Source: Candidatus Uhrbacteria bacterium GW2011_GWF2_39_13 (lineage in GTDB: Bacteria > Patescibacteriota > Patescibacteriia > UBA9934 > GWF2-40-263). From it: a stretch of 64,000 nt of DNA. This document shows positions 8,096-18,655 of the stretch, piece after piece. The number at the start of each line of letters is the position of its first letter. Within the stretch, counting starts at the first letter, position 1. The stretch is from NCBI GenBank assembly GCA_000993535.1, contig LBWG01000001.1:22442-86441 (forward strand), read 5' to 3'. Below the pieces are notes generated by a model. It had not been told where the DNA came from. It saw only the letters and a list, made by a program, of their open reading frames with translations, and ran no database searches. A program made the position numbers and the translations under genes.

Positions 8096-10384
8096 ATGTC
8101 AAATCTTCTTATTGTCGAATCTCCGACAAAAGCGAAAACCATTTCAAAATATTTAGGAAAGGATTACAAAGTCCTTTCTTCATTTGGTCATATTCGAGAC
8201 CTGCCAAAAAGCAAATTAGGTGTAGATGTGGAACATGGTTTTGAACCAACCTATCTTATTCCAACAAAAAGCAAGAAAGCAGTCGCTGAACTAAAAAAAG
8301 CGGCAAAAGAAGCTGAGATGGTCTACCTAGCAACCGACGAAGACCGCGAAGGAGAAGCCATCGCTTGGCATGTGGCACAGGCTCTGAATCTTGACTCAAA
8401 AAAATACAAACGTGTGACGTTTCACGAAATCACACGAGAAGCCATCGAAGAAGCTGTGAAACATCCAAGAGACATTGATGAGCATCTGGTGGACGCACAG
8501 CAGGCCAGGCGCATCCTTGATCGGCTTGTGGGGTACGAACTCTCTCCTTTTTTGTGGCAAAAAATCCGTTATGGTCTTTCTGCTGGACGGGTTCAGTCTG
8601 TAGCTATGCGTCTGATTGTCGAACGAGAACGAGAACGCCGAGCTTTTATCATCGAGGAATACTGGACCATTGATGGAGAATTTCAAAAAGATTCTATTGC
8701 GTTTCCCGCCAAGCTCATCAGTCTAGATGGAAATAAAATTGAGAAAATGGATCTGAAAATAAAAGAACAAGCAGAAGGTATTGTAAAACAGCTCGCAGGG
8801 GCTCAAGCACGGGTGATTTCTGTAGAAAAAAAATTAACCAAGAAAGCTCCTCCAACTCCGTATACCACTTCCACACTGCAAATTGATGCAAACACAAAAC
8901 TGGGATTTAGCGCAAAACAAACCATGCGCCTTGCGCAAGAACTGTACGAAACCGGTCGCATCACCTACATGCGTACCGACTCTCTAAACTTGGCAGAAAA
9001 ATTTTTAGAAGAGACTCAACAATATATTCGCTCTGCCTTTGGAGAAAAATACGTTGAGGGATCAAAGCGCTATAAAACAAAAAAGAAAGGTGCTCAAGAA
9101 GCCCACGAAGCGATCCGTCCAACAGACGTAACTCTTGCTCCTTCAAACATAAAAACGGAACTCGAGTCGCGTGTATGGAAGCTTTATAACCTCATCTGGA
9201 ATCGAACGGTTGCCTCACAGCTTCCTTCGGCACAAGTAAATAGGACAAGCGTAGACATCATGGTGAGTACGTCTGTATTTCGAGCAAGCGGATCCTCTGT
9301 GGCTTTTGATGGATTCATGAAAGTGTATCAATCGACCAAAGAAAAACTCTTGCCTGATCTTGTAGAGGCAGAGCTTGTAGAGACAAAGGCGATTACCTGT
9401 GAACAACACTTTACCGAACCACCTGCCCGTTATTCAGACGCGAGTCTGGTCAAAGCGCTTGAGGAATTTGGAATCGGCCGTCCTTCCACCTATGCCCCAA
9501 CCATCAGTACGATTATTGATCGAGGATATGTGGAACGCGATGACCACAAAAAACTTGCGCCTACGGATATCGCGTTGATCGTAAACGATGTTCTCGTGGA
9601 ACATTTCCGACAAATCGTCGACTACGAATTCACCGCTATCATGGAAAATACCTTGGATGAAGTTGCAGAAGGAAAAGTAGACTGGGTTCCTACCTTAGAG
9701 GCGTTCTACGGACCTTTCCACAAAAACCTCCAAGAAAAATCCAAGCTTCTCAATCGCGAAGACATCATGCCTGATCGTATTCTGGGAATAGATCCTGAAA
9801 CAAAACTGCCTATCAGTGTAAAAACCGGACGGTTTGGAGGATTTGTCCAGGTGGGCGAATATACAAAAGAAGACAAGGAGGAGGGTAAACCAAAACCAAA
9901 AAGCGCCTCGCTTCTCAAAGGCATGAATATCGAATCTCTTACCCTTGCTCAAGCGCTTGAGTGCCTGTCGCTTCCTCGGGAGGTTGGAGTGACAGAAGAA
10001 GGAGAAAAGATCATGGCTGCTCTTGGACGGTTTGGTCCTTATCTTAAAGCAGGCGACGTGAGCGCAAGCCTTAAAGAGCCCTATGATCCTATCAATGTAG
10101 ATGAAGCAACGGCACGGATGATTTTGAAAGAATCTGCGGAGCTGAAGAAAAAAATGGTGACTCCTATTGCTGAGTTTGGCAAAGATCCTGCCAGCGACGG
10201 AGAGATCCTTCTCAAGCACGGGCGATTTGGTCCCTATCTCACCGATGGAATCACAAACGCTTCCCTTGGCCGCAAGCTCGCCCCAGAATTGATGACTCGA
10301 GAACTCGCGATCGAGATGCTCACAAAAAAACGGGGACAAAAACCCAGATATAAAAAACCAGAACCAAAAAAGAAACAAAAATAA
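8096..10384 (+). CDS. topA: DNA topoisomerase I (type IA) with C-terminal GRFG repeats
   Basis: IVESPTKAKTI, ATDEDREGEAI, SAGRVQS, catalytic ITYMRTDS, AHEAIRPT; three GRFG-type C-terminal repeats. Confidence 0.97.
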   Translation: MSNLLIVESPTKAKTISKYLGKDYKVLSSFGHIRDLPKSKLGVDVEHGFEPTYLIPTKSKKAVAELKKAAKEAEMVYLATDEDREGEAIAWHVAQALNLDSKKYKRVTFHEITREAIEEAVKHPRDIDEHLVDAQQARRILDRLVGYELSPFLWQKIRYGLSAGRVQSVAMRLIVERERERRAFIIEEYWTIDGEFQKDSIAFPAKLISLDGNKIEKMDLKIKEQAEGIVKQLAGAQARVISVEKKLTKKAPPTPYTTSTLQIDANTKLGFSAKQTMRLAQELYETGRITYMRTDSLNLAEKFLEETQQYIRSAFGEKYVEGSKRYKTKKKGAQEAHEAIRPTDVTLAPSNIKTELESRVWKLYNLIWNRTVASQLPSAQVNRTSVDIMVSTSVFRASGSSVAFDGFMKVYQSTKEKLLPDLVEAELVETKAITCEQHFTEPPARYSDASLVKALEEFGIGRPSTYAPTISTIIDRGYVERDDHKKLAPTDIALIVNDVLVEHFRQIVDYEFTAIMENTLDEVAEGKVDWVPTLEAFYGPFHKNLQEKSKLLNREDIMPDRILGIDPETKLPISVKTGRFGGFVQVGEYTKEDKEEGKPKPKSASLLKGMNIESLTLAQALECLSLPREVGVTEEGEKIMAALGRFGPYLKAGDVSASLKEPYDPINVDEATARMILKESAELKKKMVTPIAEFGKDPASDGEILLKHGRFGPYLTDGITNASLGRKLAPELMTRELAIEMLTKKRGQKPRYKKPEPKKKQK

Positions 10385-10417
10385 AAAATCACCGGTTTAA
10401 AACCGGTGATTTTTTAT
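10381..10417. terminator. Bidirectional intrinsic terminator between convergent genes
   Basis: ATAAAAAATCACCGGTTT-A-AAACCGGTGATTTTTTAT palindrome. Confidence 0.75.
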
Positions 10418-11217
10418 GCTTCTGCTTTATCCAAATCGTCTATCTCATCAAGAAGGACTTTTGCTGTCTCAGATCCGAAAGCCTTTCTCAATTTTATTTC
10501 TCGTTTCTTTTTCTTCGCAACAGCATCAACCTTGATCTCATACTTCTTCTCATCAGCGCGCAATTCAGTCAGAACTTTTTCAGCGAGTTTTTTGCGTTCT
10601 TCTCTCTTTTTGCTAATAATTTCGAATAATGATTTATCCAATCCTAACCACTTTCCCGTCTTATCCAATAAAGCCCCCATCTTTTTTGCCAAAGGAAAAT
10701 GCTTACTAAGGAGACGATCGCCGAGCGAATCCATTTTTCTCGCTAGCCAATCAACACCTGGAAGCACCATTCTCCCTGCCACATAAGCTGCAGCGCGCCC
10801 TGTATTATATCCAAGAAAAACTAAAGCAAATCCAGAACCCTTTGCACCTTTTGAAAGCAAACTCTCAGAAGAAGGTTTCGCTAATTCTTTTAAGGGAACA
10901 GCTTTCCCATCTGGAGCTTCATCCAAATCCACCGTTCGAATAGATTTAGCTTCAGGCGCCTCAGTAGAAGTTGGAAGCTGTTCTGGAGGTTTCTGGGTTT
11001 CAATATGTGCTGCTGTTTCAACAACAGCAGGTTTGGCTTCGGGTGTTGTCCGCGTATCCGACACTGATACCGGAGCAGCGACAACATCCGGAGGTTTAAC
11101 TTCCCCCCTATTACGACCCGAATGTGGAGCTTCCGCGTTAACGCTTTGTCTTTTAGGTATACTGAATCTTAATTTTCCTGGATTTGTTTCGTGTTCAGAC
11201 ATAAAAAATAAACTCAT
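10414..11217 (-). CDS. Hypothetical protein (P/E/A/T-rich N-terminus, K/E-rich helical C-terminus)
   Basis: 267-aa ORF filling the gap between topA and rel; no family recognised. Confidence 0.65.
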   Translation of the reverse strand: MSLFFMSEHETNPGKLRFSIPKRQSVNAEAPHSGRNRGEVKPPDVVAAPVSVSDTRTTPEAKPAVVETAAHIETQKPPEQLPTSTEAPEAKSIRTVDLDEAPDGKAVPLKELAKPSSESLLSKGAKGSGFALVFLGYNTGRAAAYVAGRMVLPGVDWLARKMDSLGDRLLSKHFPLAKKMGALLDKTGKWLGLDKSLFEIISKKREERKKLAEKVLTELRADEKKYEIKVDAVAKKKKREIKLRKAFGSETAKVLLDEIDDLDKAEA

Positions 11218-11282
11218 GATAATTATCTTAAGAATATCACAAAAACTTTACAGTACATAGAAACACCCTGTATCGTAACAAC

Positions 11283-12785
11283 ATGATGAGTGAACTTTTT
11301 CGCACCTATAACGAGCTTGAACAACTCGTCTTAAAAACCTATAAATCGCCGGACATTGAAACACTCCGGCGTGCGTATGATGTTGCTCAACATGCACACG
11401 CAGGAGAAGTACGTCTTACAGGACATCCAGTCATCAGCCATCCTGTCTGTGTCGCCTATCGACTGGCTCAAATGGGTCTACATCTTAATGTGGTGATTGC
11501 AGGAATCCTTCACGACGTGATCGAGGATTCTGAAATGACAATGAAATCATTACAAGAACAGTTTGGTATGGACGTCGCCACGCTCGTTGAAAGCGTTACA
11601 AAACTCAAACACAGCATCAACTATCGAGGAGAGGAACGCTATGCCGAAAACATGCGCAAAATGTTTTTAGCGATGGCAAGTGACGTGCGTGTTGTTTTTA
11701 TGAAATTTGCAGACCGTCTGCATAATCTTGAAACGCTGTATGGTCAACCAAAACATAAACAAGAACGTATCGCTCGAGAATCCTTAGAAATTTATGCGCC
11801 GATTGCAGGACGTTTAGGAATGAGTGAGATCAAAGGTGAGTTAGAAGACGGATCTTTCGCCTATCTTTCACCAAAGGAATATGAACGCATAAAAAATATC
11901 ATGGACATCAAAGTTCGTGAAAAAGGAGCGTACGTCAGTCGTATTATTGATCAAATCGAAAAACTGTTGAACAAAACCTCCATGGAGGATTTTCAAGTTC
12001 ATGGTCGCGTCAAACGTCTTTTCAGTCTTTATACAAAATTGAATAAATATCAGGGAGATCTTAGTAAAATTTACGACCTCATCGCCGTACGTATTATTGT
12101 CAGCGACGTAGAAGAATGTTATATGACGCTGGGTTTGCTGCATCAACATTGGCGTCCTCTTCCTGGACGAATCAAAGATTATATTGCTCAACCAAAACCT
12201 AATGGATATCAATCTCTTCACACAACTGTATTTACAGAAAACGGAGAAATCGTGGAATTCCAAATTAGAACCCTAGAAATGCACGAATTGGCTGAATACG
12301 GTGTGGCAGCCCACTGGCGCTACAAAGAAGGAACGCACAAACCCATACGCAATACCCAGTGGATGGAAGAGCTCGCACAAATTCAAAAAGAACTTCAAAA
12401 CAAAAAAAATTTCATGGAACAATTAGAGATCATGAAAATCGATGTCTTCAAAGATCGAATTTTCGTCTTTACTCCCCAAGGCGACGTGATCGATCTGCCG
12501 GAAGGTGCAACACCGATTGACTTTGCTTATGCCATACACACAGAAGTAGGAAACAAATGTACAGCTGTACGTATCAATGAAGTCATGCGCAACATCGATA
12601 CGACCCTCTTTTCAGGAGATATTGTAGAAATCATTACAGACAAAAATCGAAGAGGACCAAATCCCGATTGGATGAAATTCGCCAAAACTCGTCACGCAAG
12701 AACCAAAATCAAAGACGCAACCCATCACACGGTCAAAGGCTGGTTTGCCGAAGTATTGAAAGGAAGAGAAAAAGCCAAAAAATAA
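11283..12785 (+). CDS. rel: RelA/SpoT family (p)ppGpp synthetase/hydrolase (HD + synthetase + TGS)
   Basis: LHDVIED, DRLHN, KDYIAQPKPNGYQSLHT, EFQIRT, AAHWRYKE, TGS motif TPIDFAYAIHTEVG; no ACT domain. Confidence 0.93.
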   Translation: MMSELFRTYNELEQLVLKTYKSPDIETLRRAYDVAQHAHAGEVRLTGHPVISHPVCVAYRLAQMGLHLNVVIAGILHDVIEDSEMTMKSLQEQFGMDVATLVESVTKLKHSINYRGEERYAENMRKMFLAMASDVRVVFMKFADRLHNLETLYGQPKHKQERIARESLEIYAPIAGRLGMSEIKGELEDGSFAYLSPKEYERIKNIMDIKVREKGAYVSRIIDQIEKLLNKTSMEDFQVHGRVKRLFSLYTKLNKYQGDLSKIYDLIAVRIIVSDVEECYMTLGLLHQHWRPLPGRIKDYIAQPKPNGYQSLHTTVFTENGEIVEFQIRTLEMHELAEYGVAAHWRYKEGTHKPIRNTQWMEELAQIQKELQNKKNFMEQLEIMKIDVFKDRIFVFTPQGDVIDLPEGATPIDFAYAIHTEVGNKCTAVRINEVMRNIDTTLFSGDIVEIITDKNRRGPNPDWMKFAKTRHARTKIKDATHHTVKGWFAEVLKGREKAKK

Positions 12786-12794
12786 TTCTCAAAC

Positions 12795-12822
12795 AAAAAC
12801 AGGATCGTATGATCCTGTTTTT
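12795..12822. terminator. Bidirectional terminator between rel and parB
   Basis: AAAAACAGGATC-GTAT-GATCCTGTTTTT. Confidence 0.7.
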
Positions 12823-13682
12823 TAAAATCCTGATAATCGGTCGAGTAAATCAAGGAGTTCATCGCGAGAATAAAAAGAGAGAGAGATGGAACCTTTGCCT
12901 GAGGATTCTTTGATATCAATTTTTGTTCCAAATATTTCTCGTAGGCGTTTTTCATGAGCAAGAATGTTTGGATCTTTTTTAGAAATCTTACGAACAGACG
13001 ATCGCGGCGAACTGGATATACGCGCTTCCGCTTCACGAACAGTCACTCCCCCATTTAACATTTGTTCAAATAATATCTGCCGTTTTTGTTCATCATCTTC
13101 TGCTAACAGAGTTCGTGCATGAGATTTATAAATTTTCCCTTCTTTAAGAGCAATGAGTATTGGTTCCGGAAGTTCTAACAGACGCACAATGTTTGCGATG
13201 TTCGAACGGCTTTTGCCAACACGCTTTCCTACTTCTTCTTGAGTCAAATTAAATTCATCCAACAAGGCTTTATATGCAATCGCTTCTTCCACAGGACTTA
13301 AATCCTGACGTTGGATATTTTCAATCAATGCTAATTCAAGTTTTTGTTGTTCGTCTGCCTCGCGAACAATGACAGGTATTGTTTTTAAACCCAATGTTCG
13401 TGAAGCACGAAGACGACGCTCACCGGCGATAAGTTCAAATCCTTGTCCGGAACGGGTCACGACCAACGGTTGAAGGATACCATGTTCTTTGATAGATCCA
13501 ATCAGATCTTCCAAATCTGCTGGAGAGAAATGATGGCGCGGTTGGCGAGGATTCTCAACAATATCGTCAACCGAAACCTCTAACACAAGGGTACGGGCTT
13601 CAGGAACCACTTGTTCGGTGATACTTTGTTTTTGCGGAATCAAGGAACCCAATCCTCGACCTAACGCTGATTTTGTATTCAT
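12822..13682 (-). CDS. parB: Chromosome partitioning protein ParB
   Basis: ALGRGLGSLI, NPRQPR, GILQP, IAGERRLRA, ENIQRQDL, HTH. Confidence 0.96.
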   Translation of the reverse strand: MNTKSALGRGLGSLIPQKQSITEQVVPEARTLVLEVSVDDIVENPRQPRHHFSPADLEDLIGSIKEHGILQPLVVTRSGQGFELIAGERRLRASRTLGLKTIPVIVREADEQQKLELALIENIQRQDLSPVEEAIAYKALLDEFNLTQEEVGKRVGKSRSNIANIVRLLELPEPILIALKEGKIYKSHARTLLAEDDEQKRQILFEQMLNGGVTVREAEARISSSPRSSVRKISKKDPNILAHEKRLREIFGTKIDIKESSGKGSISLSFYSRDELLDLLDRLSGF

Positions 13683-13688
13683 AAAAAA

Positions 13689-14462
13689 TTACAGTCTTCC
13701 TTCTTCACGCAAAAGAAATTCTTTTGTCAGACGTTCATACGCTTTTGCCGCTTTGGAGGAAGGATCATAGCTCAAAATGGTTTTGCCAAAAGAAGGGGCT
13801 TCAGCAAGGCGCACAGAACGTGGAATAACGCTCCGAAAAATTTTATCTGGAAAATAACGATAGAGTTCTTCCAATACCTCTTTAGAAAGACGAGTACGAC
13901 CGTCATACATCGTAATGATAGCTCCCATGATATCCAAAGAAGGTTTCAAACTGTCCCGAACCAAATTCACGGTATTTAACAACTGGGAAAGACCTTCAAG
14001 AGCAAAATACTCAGCTTGAACGGGAATCAGCACAGAATCTGAAGCGACTAATCCATTAATGGTAAGCATCCCAAGAGAAGGAGGATTGTCGATAAAAATA
14101 TAATCATAATCATTACGTACCTCCAGAAGAGCTTTTCGCAAAAAATGCTCACGTTCTTGTGCATTTACCAATTCGACACTGGCTCCTGCCAAGGCTTGTG
14201 TTGCAGGAAGAATTTTTAATCCAGCATGTTCTGTTGGATGAATCAATTGACGAACACCATGAGATCCAACAAGTCCCTCATACACTCCGGCTGAAAGAGT
14301 TTTATAATCAATTCCCACACCTGAGGTGGCATTGGCTTGAGGATCTAAATCCACCAGCAAAACAAATTTTCCTGCATCAGCTAAAAATGCAGCCAAATTT
14401 AATGTGGTCGTTGTCTTCCCTACTCCTCCTTTTTGATTTACCACTGAAATAATATGTGCCAT
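13689..14462 (-). CDS. parA: Chromosome partitioning ATPase ParA (Soj)
   Basis: NQKGGVGKTTT, DLDPQANAT, PVQAEYFALEG, RLAEAPSFG. Confidence 0.96.
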   Translation of the reverse strand: MAHIISVVNQKGGVGKTTTTLNLAAFLADAGKFVLLVDLDPQANATSGVGIDYKTLSAGVYEGLVGSHGVRQLIHPTEHAGLKILPATQALAGASVELVNAQEREHFLRKALLEVRNDYDYIFIDNPPSLGMLTINGLVASDSVLIPVQAEYFALEGLSQLLNTVNLVRDSLKPSLDIMGAIITMYDGRTRLSKEVLEELYRYFPDKIFRSVIPRSVRLAEAPSFGKTILSYDPSSKAAKAYERLTKEFLLREEGRL

Positions 14463-14520
14463 AACAATACGACCATTATACCCGAAGAGGAAAAAAACAC
14501 ACAGAAGATCTCTATTTCTT

Positions 14521-14681
14521 AACTCACCTTATGCAAGATTTCATCTCATTATTTCTCCTTCGACTCGTCGATGACTCCTCGCTCAGGGAATATGATGAGG
14601 AAATTGAATATAAATATTCCCTGAGCGCAGGCTCGTCCGACGAGCCGGAGTCGAAGGGGCAGATGTTGCGTAAGGTGAGTT
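14521..14681. repeat. MITE/REP-like palindromic element between recO and parA
   Basis: Outer inverted repeat AACTCACCTTATGCAAGATTT / AGATGTTGCGTAAGGTGAGTT (18/21). Inner inverted pair CCTTCGACTC..CGCTCAGGGAATAT / ATATTCCCTGAGCG..GAGTCGAAGG. Confidence 0.75.
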
Positions 14682-14682
14682 T

Positions 14683-15459
14683 TTAACAGACCTGACAAGC
14701 CGCCCTCAAAGAGGACGCTGGGATTGTTGGAAAATGAGAAATGATGAGAGATTCAACCGCTTCATGGAAACCAGATAAATCCTCCGCTTTTAAACGAGGA
14801 CGTAAAGAAGATTCAAATGTTTGTTCCATGCCAAAACGAATCAATTTTAAAACTTCATCTGTAATCGGACGAGCAGAAAACCATTGTTGTGGATCCAAAC
14901 GCGTACAGGTCAGACACACAACCCCGCCTTTTAATCCATGCCATTGATACTGATTTGATTCAATTGCTCTGCGGCAACCGAGACAATGATTTAATTCTGG
15001 ACGATATCCCACAAAAGAAAGCAACTTGAGCGCAAATCCACCCAACAAGAATCCTGCACGTTCTGGAGAAAAAAATGTTTCCGTATTCAAAAATCTCAAC
15101 CAAGATTCCAATAACTCATAAATATGCGGATCAGATTCCTGCGGGCGTGTTCCGATATCTACTAGATGAAGGGCGTTTTGGGCAAGGACAAGTTTAGGTA
15201 ATTGGGTATAAATAGATGGAAAGGCAAGACGACGATCAACTCCTGCCACAATCTGATACGCATATCCATGAACAAGAAGCAGATCCACAATTGCAACCAT
15301 TTCTAAATGAGGTGTTAGTTTTGCAAGCGGTTTATGACCACCACGGGCAATGAACTCGACTTTTCCTTTGTCTGGAGTAAAAACGCAATACCAGCGATCT
15401 GTTTCTTTATGATCACGTCTGGAGAGCACAATAGCTTTTGTCTGATATAACGAAGACAT
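14683..15459 (-). CDS. recO: DNA repair protein RecO
   Basis: N-terminal OB fold (AIVLSRRDHKETDR...FTPDKGKV), GYRPELNHCLGC...GGVVCLTC zinc finger. Confidence 0.9.
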   Translation of the reverse strand: MSSLYQTKAIVLSRRDHKETDRWYCVFTPDKGKVEFIARGGHKPLAKLTPHLEMVAIVDLLLVHGYAYQIVAGVDRRLAFPSIYTQLPKLVLAQNALHLVDIGTRPQESDPHIYELLESWLRFLNTETFFSPERAGFLLGGFALKLLSFVGYRPELNHCLGCRRAIESNQYQWHGLKGGVVCLTCTRLDPQQWFSARPITDEVLKLIRFGMEQTFESSLRPRLKAEDLSGFHEAVESLIISHFPTIPASSLRAACQVC

Positions 15460-15462
15460 GAA

Positions 15463-16452
15463 TTAGAACGAACGGGTATTGAGCATGCTCACGTCCGGTT
15501 CTTCTTGTTTGAAGCGATCCGGATCAATAGTCCGTTCAAAACAGGTGTGTTCTGCATCATGGGACCAAATATCAAAACTGGAATCCCCATATCCAAATTC
15601 GTAATACACAGGAATTGAATGAGTTTCGCTCGTAGAGTCAAACTGGGTCTCAAACGTTGCACACAATTCAAAGCTCAATTCCCCTATCATACGATATTCA
15701 TACGACTGTTTTGTTTCCGGATCCATCGGAGAACGGTATCCACTCAAATCATCTTCTAAGAGGCTCAAATTCTCTGGCAAGACATCTTTATTCTGCCAAT
15801 AATTGATAAGACTTGATTGGATGGTTTGTAAATCATTCACTCGTTGGAGATCCATGCGGACATTGCGTTGCTGTGCAGGAGAACCGATTACAAAAAAACT
15901 GGCAACAATACTCCCAAGAATGACAAGAGAACTGACGATAGCTGTCATGAGAGGAATACGCGTCTTTTCCAAAGGATCGCGACGAAGTTCCCAAAGGTAA
16001 TAAGAAAACACAGGAATCGCTACAACCAAAACAGCAAGAACTTTCAAAATAAAACGGGTCGTGACCTCTCCGCCCAAAAAAGTGTTTATAAGCGTAATCA
16101 AATCAATAATGATGGTAATAGCTCCTACAAAAAGCATGAGGTGCAAAAGCCACTTACGGATCCAGATAAATTGTTTCTCTTTGTCAGATTTCAAATCTTT
16201 TGCAATGAACTTGGACATAAACAAGACAACCGGCCAGGCGATAACCAAAGCTGAAATTCCCCCACGCATGGCCATCAGCGCCCCTTCGCGCCAGTAATAA
16301 TCCAAGGTATCTGGAAATTGAACATTTACGTATTGAAAAACAACAGTCAAAAAACTCACAATGCTCACAATAAGCATCGAAATAAGAAGCAAATACAAAA
16401 ACACATCTCGAGCCGTACTTTTCACTTGTGGATGAACTAAAAGTTTGGTCAT
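15463..16452 (-). CDS. DUF5671-like membrane protein
   Basis: Several TM helices; RDVFLYL, IRKWLLHL, FLGGEVTTRF, DLQRVNDL, DPET..YEY..FELCATF, typical of a CPR family. Confidence 0.7.
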   Translation of the reverse strand: MTKLLVHPQVKSTARDVFLYLLLISMLIVSIVSFLTVVFQYVNVQFPDTLDYYWREGALMAMRGGISALVIAWPVVLFMSKFIAKDLKSDKEKQFIWIRKWLLHLMLFVGAITIIIDLITLINTFLGGEVTTRFILKVLAVLVVAIPVFSYYLWELRRDPLEKTRIPLMTAIVSSLVILGSIVASFFVIGSPAQQRNVRMDLQRVNDLQTIQSSLINYWQNKDVLPENLSLLEDDLSGYRSPMDPETKQSYEYRMIGELSFELCATFETQFDSTSETHSIPVYYEFGYGDSSFDIWSHDAEHTCFERTIDPDRFKQEEPDVSMLNTRSF

Positions 16453-16455
16453 AGA

Positions 16456-18078
16456 TTATTTTTTTAACGCCGCTGCGATAAACGCTTTAAACAAAGGGTG
16501 GGGTCTTAAGGGACGGGATTTGAATTCTGGGTGGAATTGAACGCCGACAAAAAATGGGTGATCTTTAAGCTCTACGATTTCAACCAATCCTGTTTGTGGG
16601 TTTACTCCTGAAATGGTCAAGCCTTTTTCTTGAATCATCTGAGCGTAATCGTTATTAAACTCGTAACGATGACGATGACGCTCTGAAATATGTGAAGTTT
16701 TATAAGCTTTTTGAGCAATCGATCCTGAGGATAAATCACAATTATATGCACCCAAGCGCATCGTGCCTCCATAACGATTTTCTCGAATATTCTTTAATTG
16801 AACGGGATTCACATGAATGATCGGATCGGTAGTATTCTCATCCACTTCAACGGTGTGAGCTCCTTTTTTACCAAGAACATGGCGAGCAAATTCAACCGTT
16901 GCTAGTTGCATTCCGTAACAAATACCAAAATATGGAATCTTATTTTCTCGACAAAACTTTACGGTAGAAATCACCCCTTCGATACCACGAATTCCAAACC
17001 CTCCTGGAACAAGAACACCTTGGTAATCAGAAAGGTCTTTCAGTTTCTCAGGGTTGTTTTCAAAATCCTCAGAATTAATCCAATCCATTTCGATCTTGGC
17101 TTTATTTGCCCAAGATGCATGTTTGAGCGCCTCAATCACAGAAATATAGGAATCCGAAAGAGTGTAATTTCCTGTAGCAAAATATTTTCCAACAACGGCA
17201 ATCCTCACTGTCTTTTTTGCATTCTCCTGAACATTTGCCATCGTATTCCATTGGCGCAAATCTGCGCCTTTGGGTTTAACGCCAAATTTTTTCAACACCT
17301 CATCGGAAAATCCTTGTTTCTCAAATACGCCTGGAATGCGATAAATACTTGAAACGTCAGGAGCTGAAATCACGTCGTTTGGTCTGACATTGCAAAAAAC
17401 AGACAACTTTTCTCGCCGAGGTTTGTCCATATAATGTTCCCCTCGACAAACAATAAAATCCGGATGAATCCCTGCACTATTGAGCGTACGTGTGGCGTGT
17501 TGCGTCGGTTTGGTTTTCATCTCCCCTAAATGTTTTGGGATAGGGAGATAACTCACTAAAATAAACAACACCTTTTTTGGATCTGCCAAGTGCATCATGC
17601 GCGCGGCCTCCAAAAAAAGAATATTTTCATACTCCCCTACGGTTCCTCCAATTTCCACAACCGTAAAATCTGCACGTGCATGATCGCTGGCTTTTTTAAT
17701 CCGACGAATGACCTCTTCAGGAATATGGGGAACCACCTGCACGCAGCGTCCTTGATATCCCAAATTACGCTCCCGTTCAATAACAGTTTGATACACGCGT
17801 CCGGTGGTCATGTAATTGAGAGAGGTCAGATCGGTTTCCAGAAACCGTTCATAATTTCCCATATCCTGATCTGTTTCATCTCCGTCATCTGTCACAAACA
17901 CTTCACCATGTTCAACAGGATTCATGGTTCCAGCATCGACGTTCACATAGGGATCAATCTTGATCGCGGTAACGGTAAAACCACGCGACTGAAGAATCTT
18001 CCCAATAGAAGCACTGGTGACACCCTTTCCAACGCCCGACATAACGCCACCCACAACAAAAATATAACGATGAGTCAT
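16456..18078 (-). CDS. pyrG: CTP synthase
   Basis: GGVMSGVGKG, DPYVNVDAGTMNP, KTKPTQH, GICYGMQ, ERHRHRYE, QFHPEF. Confidence 0.98.
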   Translation of the reverse strand: MTHRYIFVVGGVMSGVGKGVTSASIGKILQSRGFTVTAIKIDPYVNVDAGTMNPVEHGEVFVTDDGDETDQDMGNYERFLETDLTSLNYMTTGRVYQTVIERERNLGYQGRCVQVVPHIPEEVIRRIKKASDHARADFTVVEIGGTVGEYENILFLEAARMMHLADPKKVLFILVSYLPIPKHLGEMKTKPTQHATRTLNSAGIHPDFIVCRGEHYMDKPRREKLSVFCNVRPNDVISAPDVSSIYRIPGVFEKQGFSDEVLKKFGVKPKGADLRQWNTMANVQENAKKTVRIAVVGKYFATGNYTLSDSYISVIEALKHASWANKAKIEMDWINSEDFENNPEKLKDLSDYQGVLVPGGFGIRGIEGVISTVKFCRENKIPYFGICYGMQLATVEFARHVLGKKGAHTVEVDENTTDPIIHVNPVQLKNIRENRYGGTMRLGAYNCDLSSGSIAQKAYKTSHISERHRHRYEFNNDYAQMIQEKGLTISGVNPQTGLVEIVELKDHPFFVGVQFHPEFKSRPLRPHPLFKAFIAAALKK

Positions 18079-18116
18079 AATGATAGATAAAACGGGCCGC
18101 GTTATGGCCCGCTTAA

Positions 18117-18560
18117 TTACTTTTCTTCGATTCGAATTCTTACCTCCGCCTCAAAGCCATGAGGAAGATTGATGCTAACCGTATGCTCGCCAAGCTCTTT
18201 CAAAGGACACTTCATAACCACCATTTCTGGATTAATATTGAATCCCTCTTTTTTAAGAACATCTGTGATTGTTTTCGCACTTACTGCCGCGTAGAGCACG
18301 CCGCCCTCGCTCACTTTCTCTTCTAACTCTAATTCAAATCCGTCGAGCGAAGCAGCCAGATCGCCTGCAGCAGCAATTTCTTTTTTCATTTTTCGAGACT
18401 GGCCTTCTTCTTTTTCGTTTTTCTGTTTAAGGGCAGCAGCGGTAGCGGCAATGGCTAAATTCTGAGGGAACAAGAAATTACGGGCATGACCGTCTGAAAC
18501 TTCGACGACCTCTCCTTCTTTTCCAAGGTCTTTCACGCTCTTCATGAGAATTACTTTCAT
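18117..18560 (-). CDS. rplI: 50S ribosomal protein L9
   Basis: [32 protein letters not shown]; start moved to ATG 18560. Confidence 0.95.
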   Translation of the reverse strand: MKVILMKSVKDLGKEGEVVEVSDGHARNFLFPQNLAIAATAAALKQKNEKEEGQSRKMKKEIAAAGDLAASLDGFELELEEKVSEGGVLYAAVSAKTITDVLKKEGFNINPEMVVMKCPLKELGEHTVSINLPHGFEAEVRIRIEEK

Positions 18561-18655
18561 ACCATGCAATTATATCATAACTATTTTAACTGCTTTCAAC
18601 AAAACAGAAAATAAAAAACCAAGGGAGCAAAATCTGTCCCCTTGGTTTATTTATG

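Noticed and set aside
9695-10378. 227-aa antisense ORF in topA and similar shadow ORFs (16906, 17590, 21632, 34654, 63256 and others)
   Set aside because: They overlap well-supported genes, lack motifs, and are explained by codon bias on the opposite strand or frame.
11283-12785. Rel lacking the C-terminal ACT domain as a pseudogene
   Set aside because: The hydrolase, synthetase and TGS motifs are intact, and the gene ends cleanly before a terminator, consistent with a naturally short form.
12700-14700. parS sites near parAB
   Set aside because: No match to the TGTTTCACGTGAAACA-type palindrome found by eye; the nearby palindrome is REP/MITE-like.
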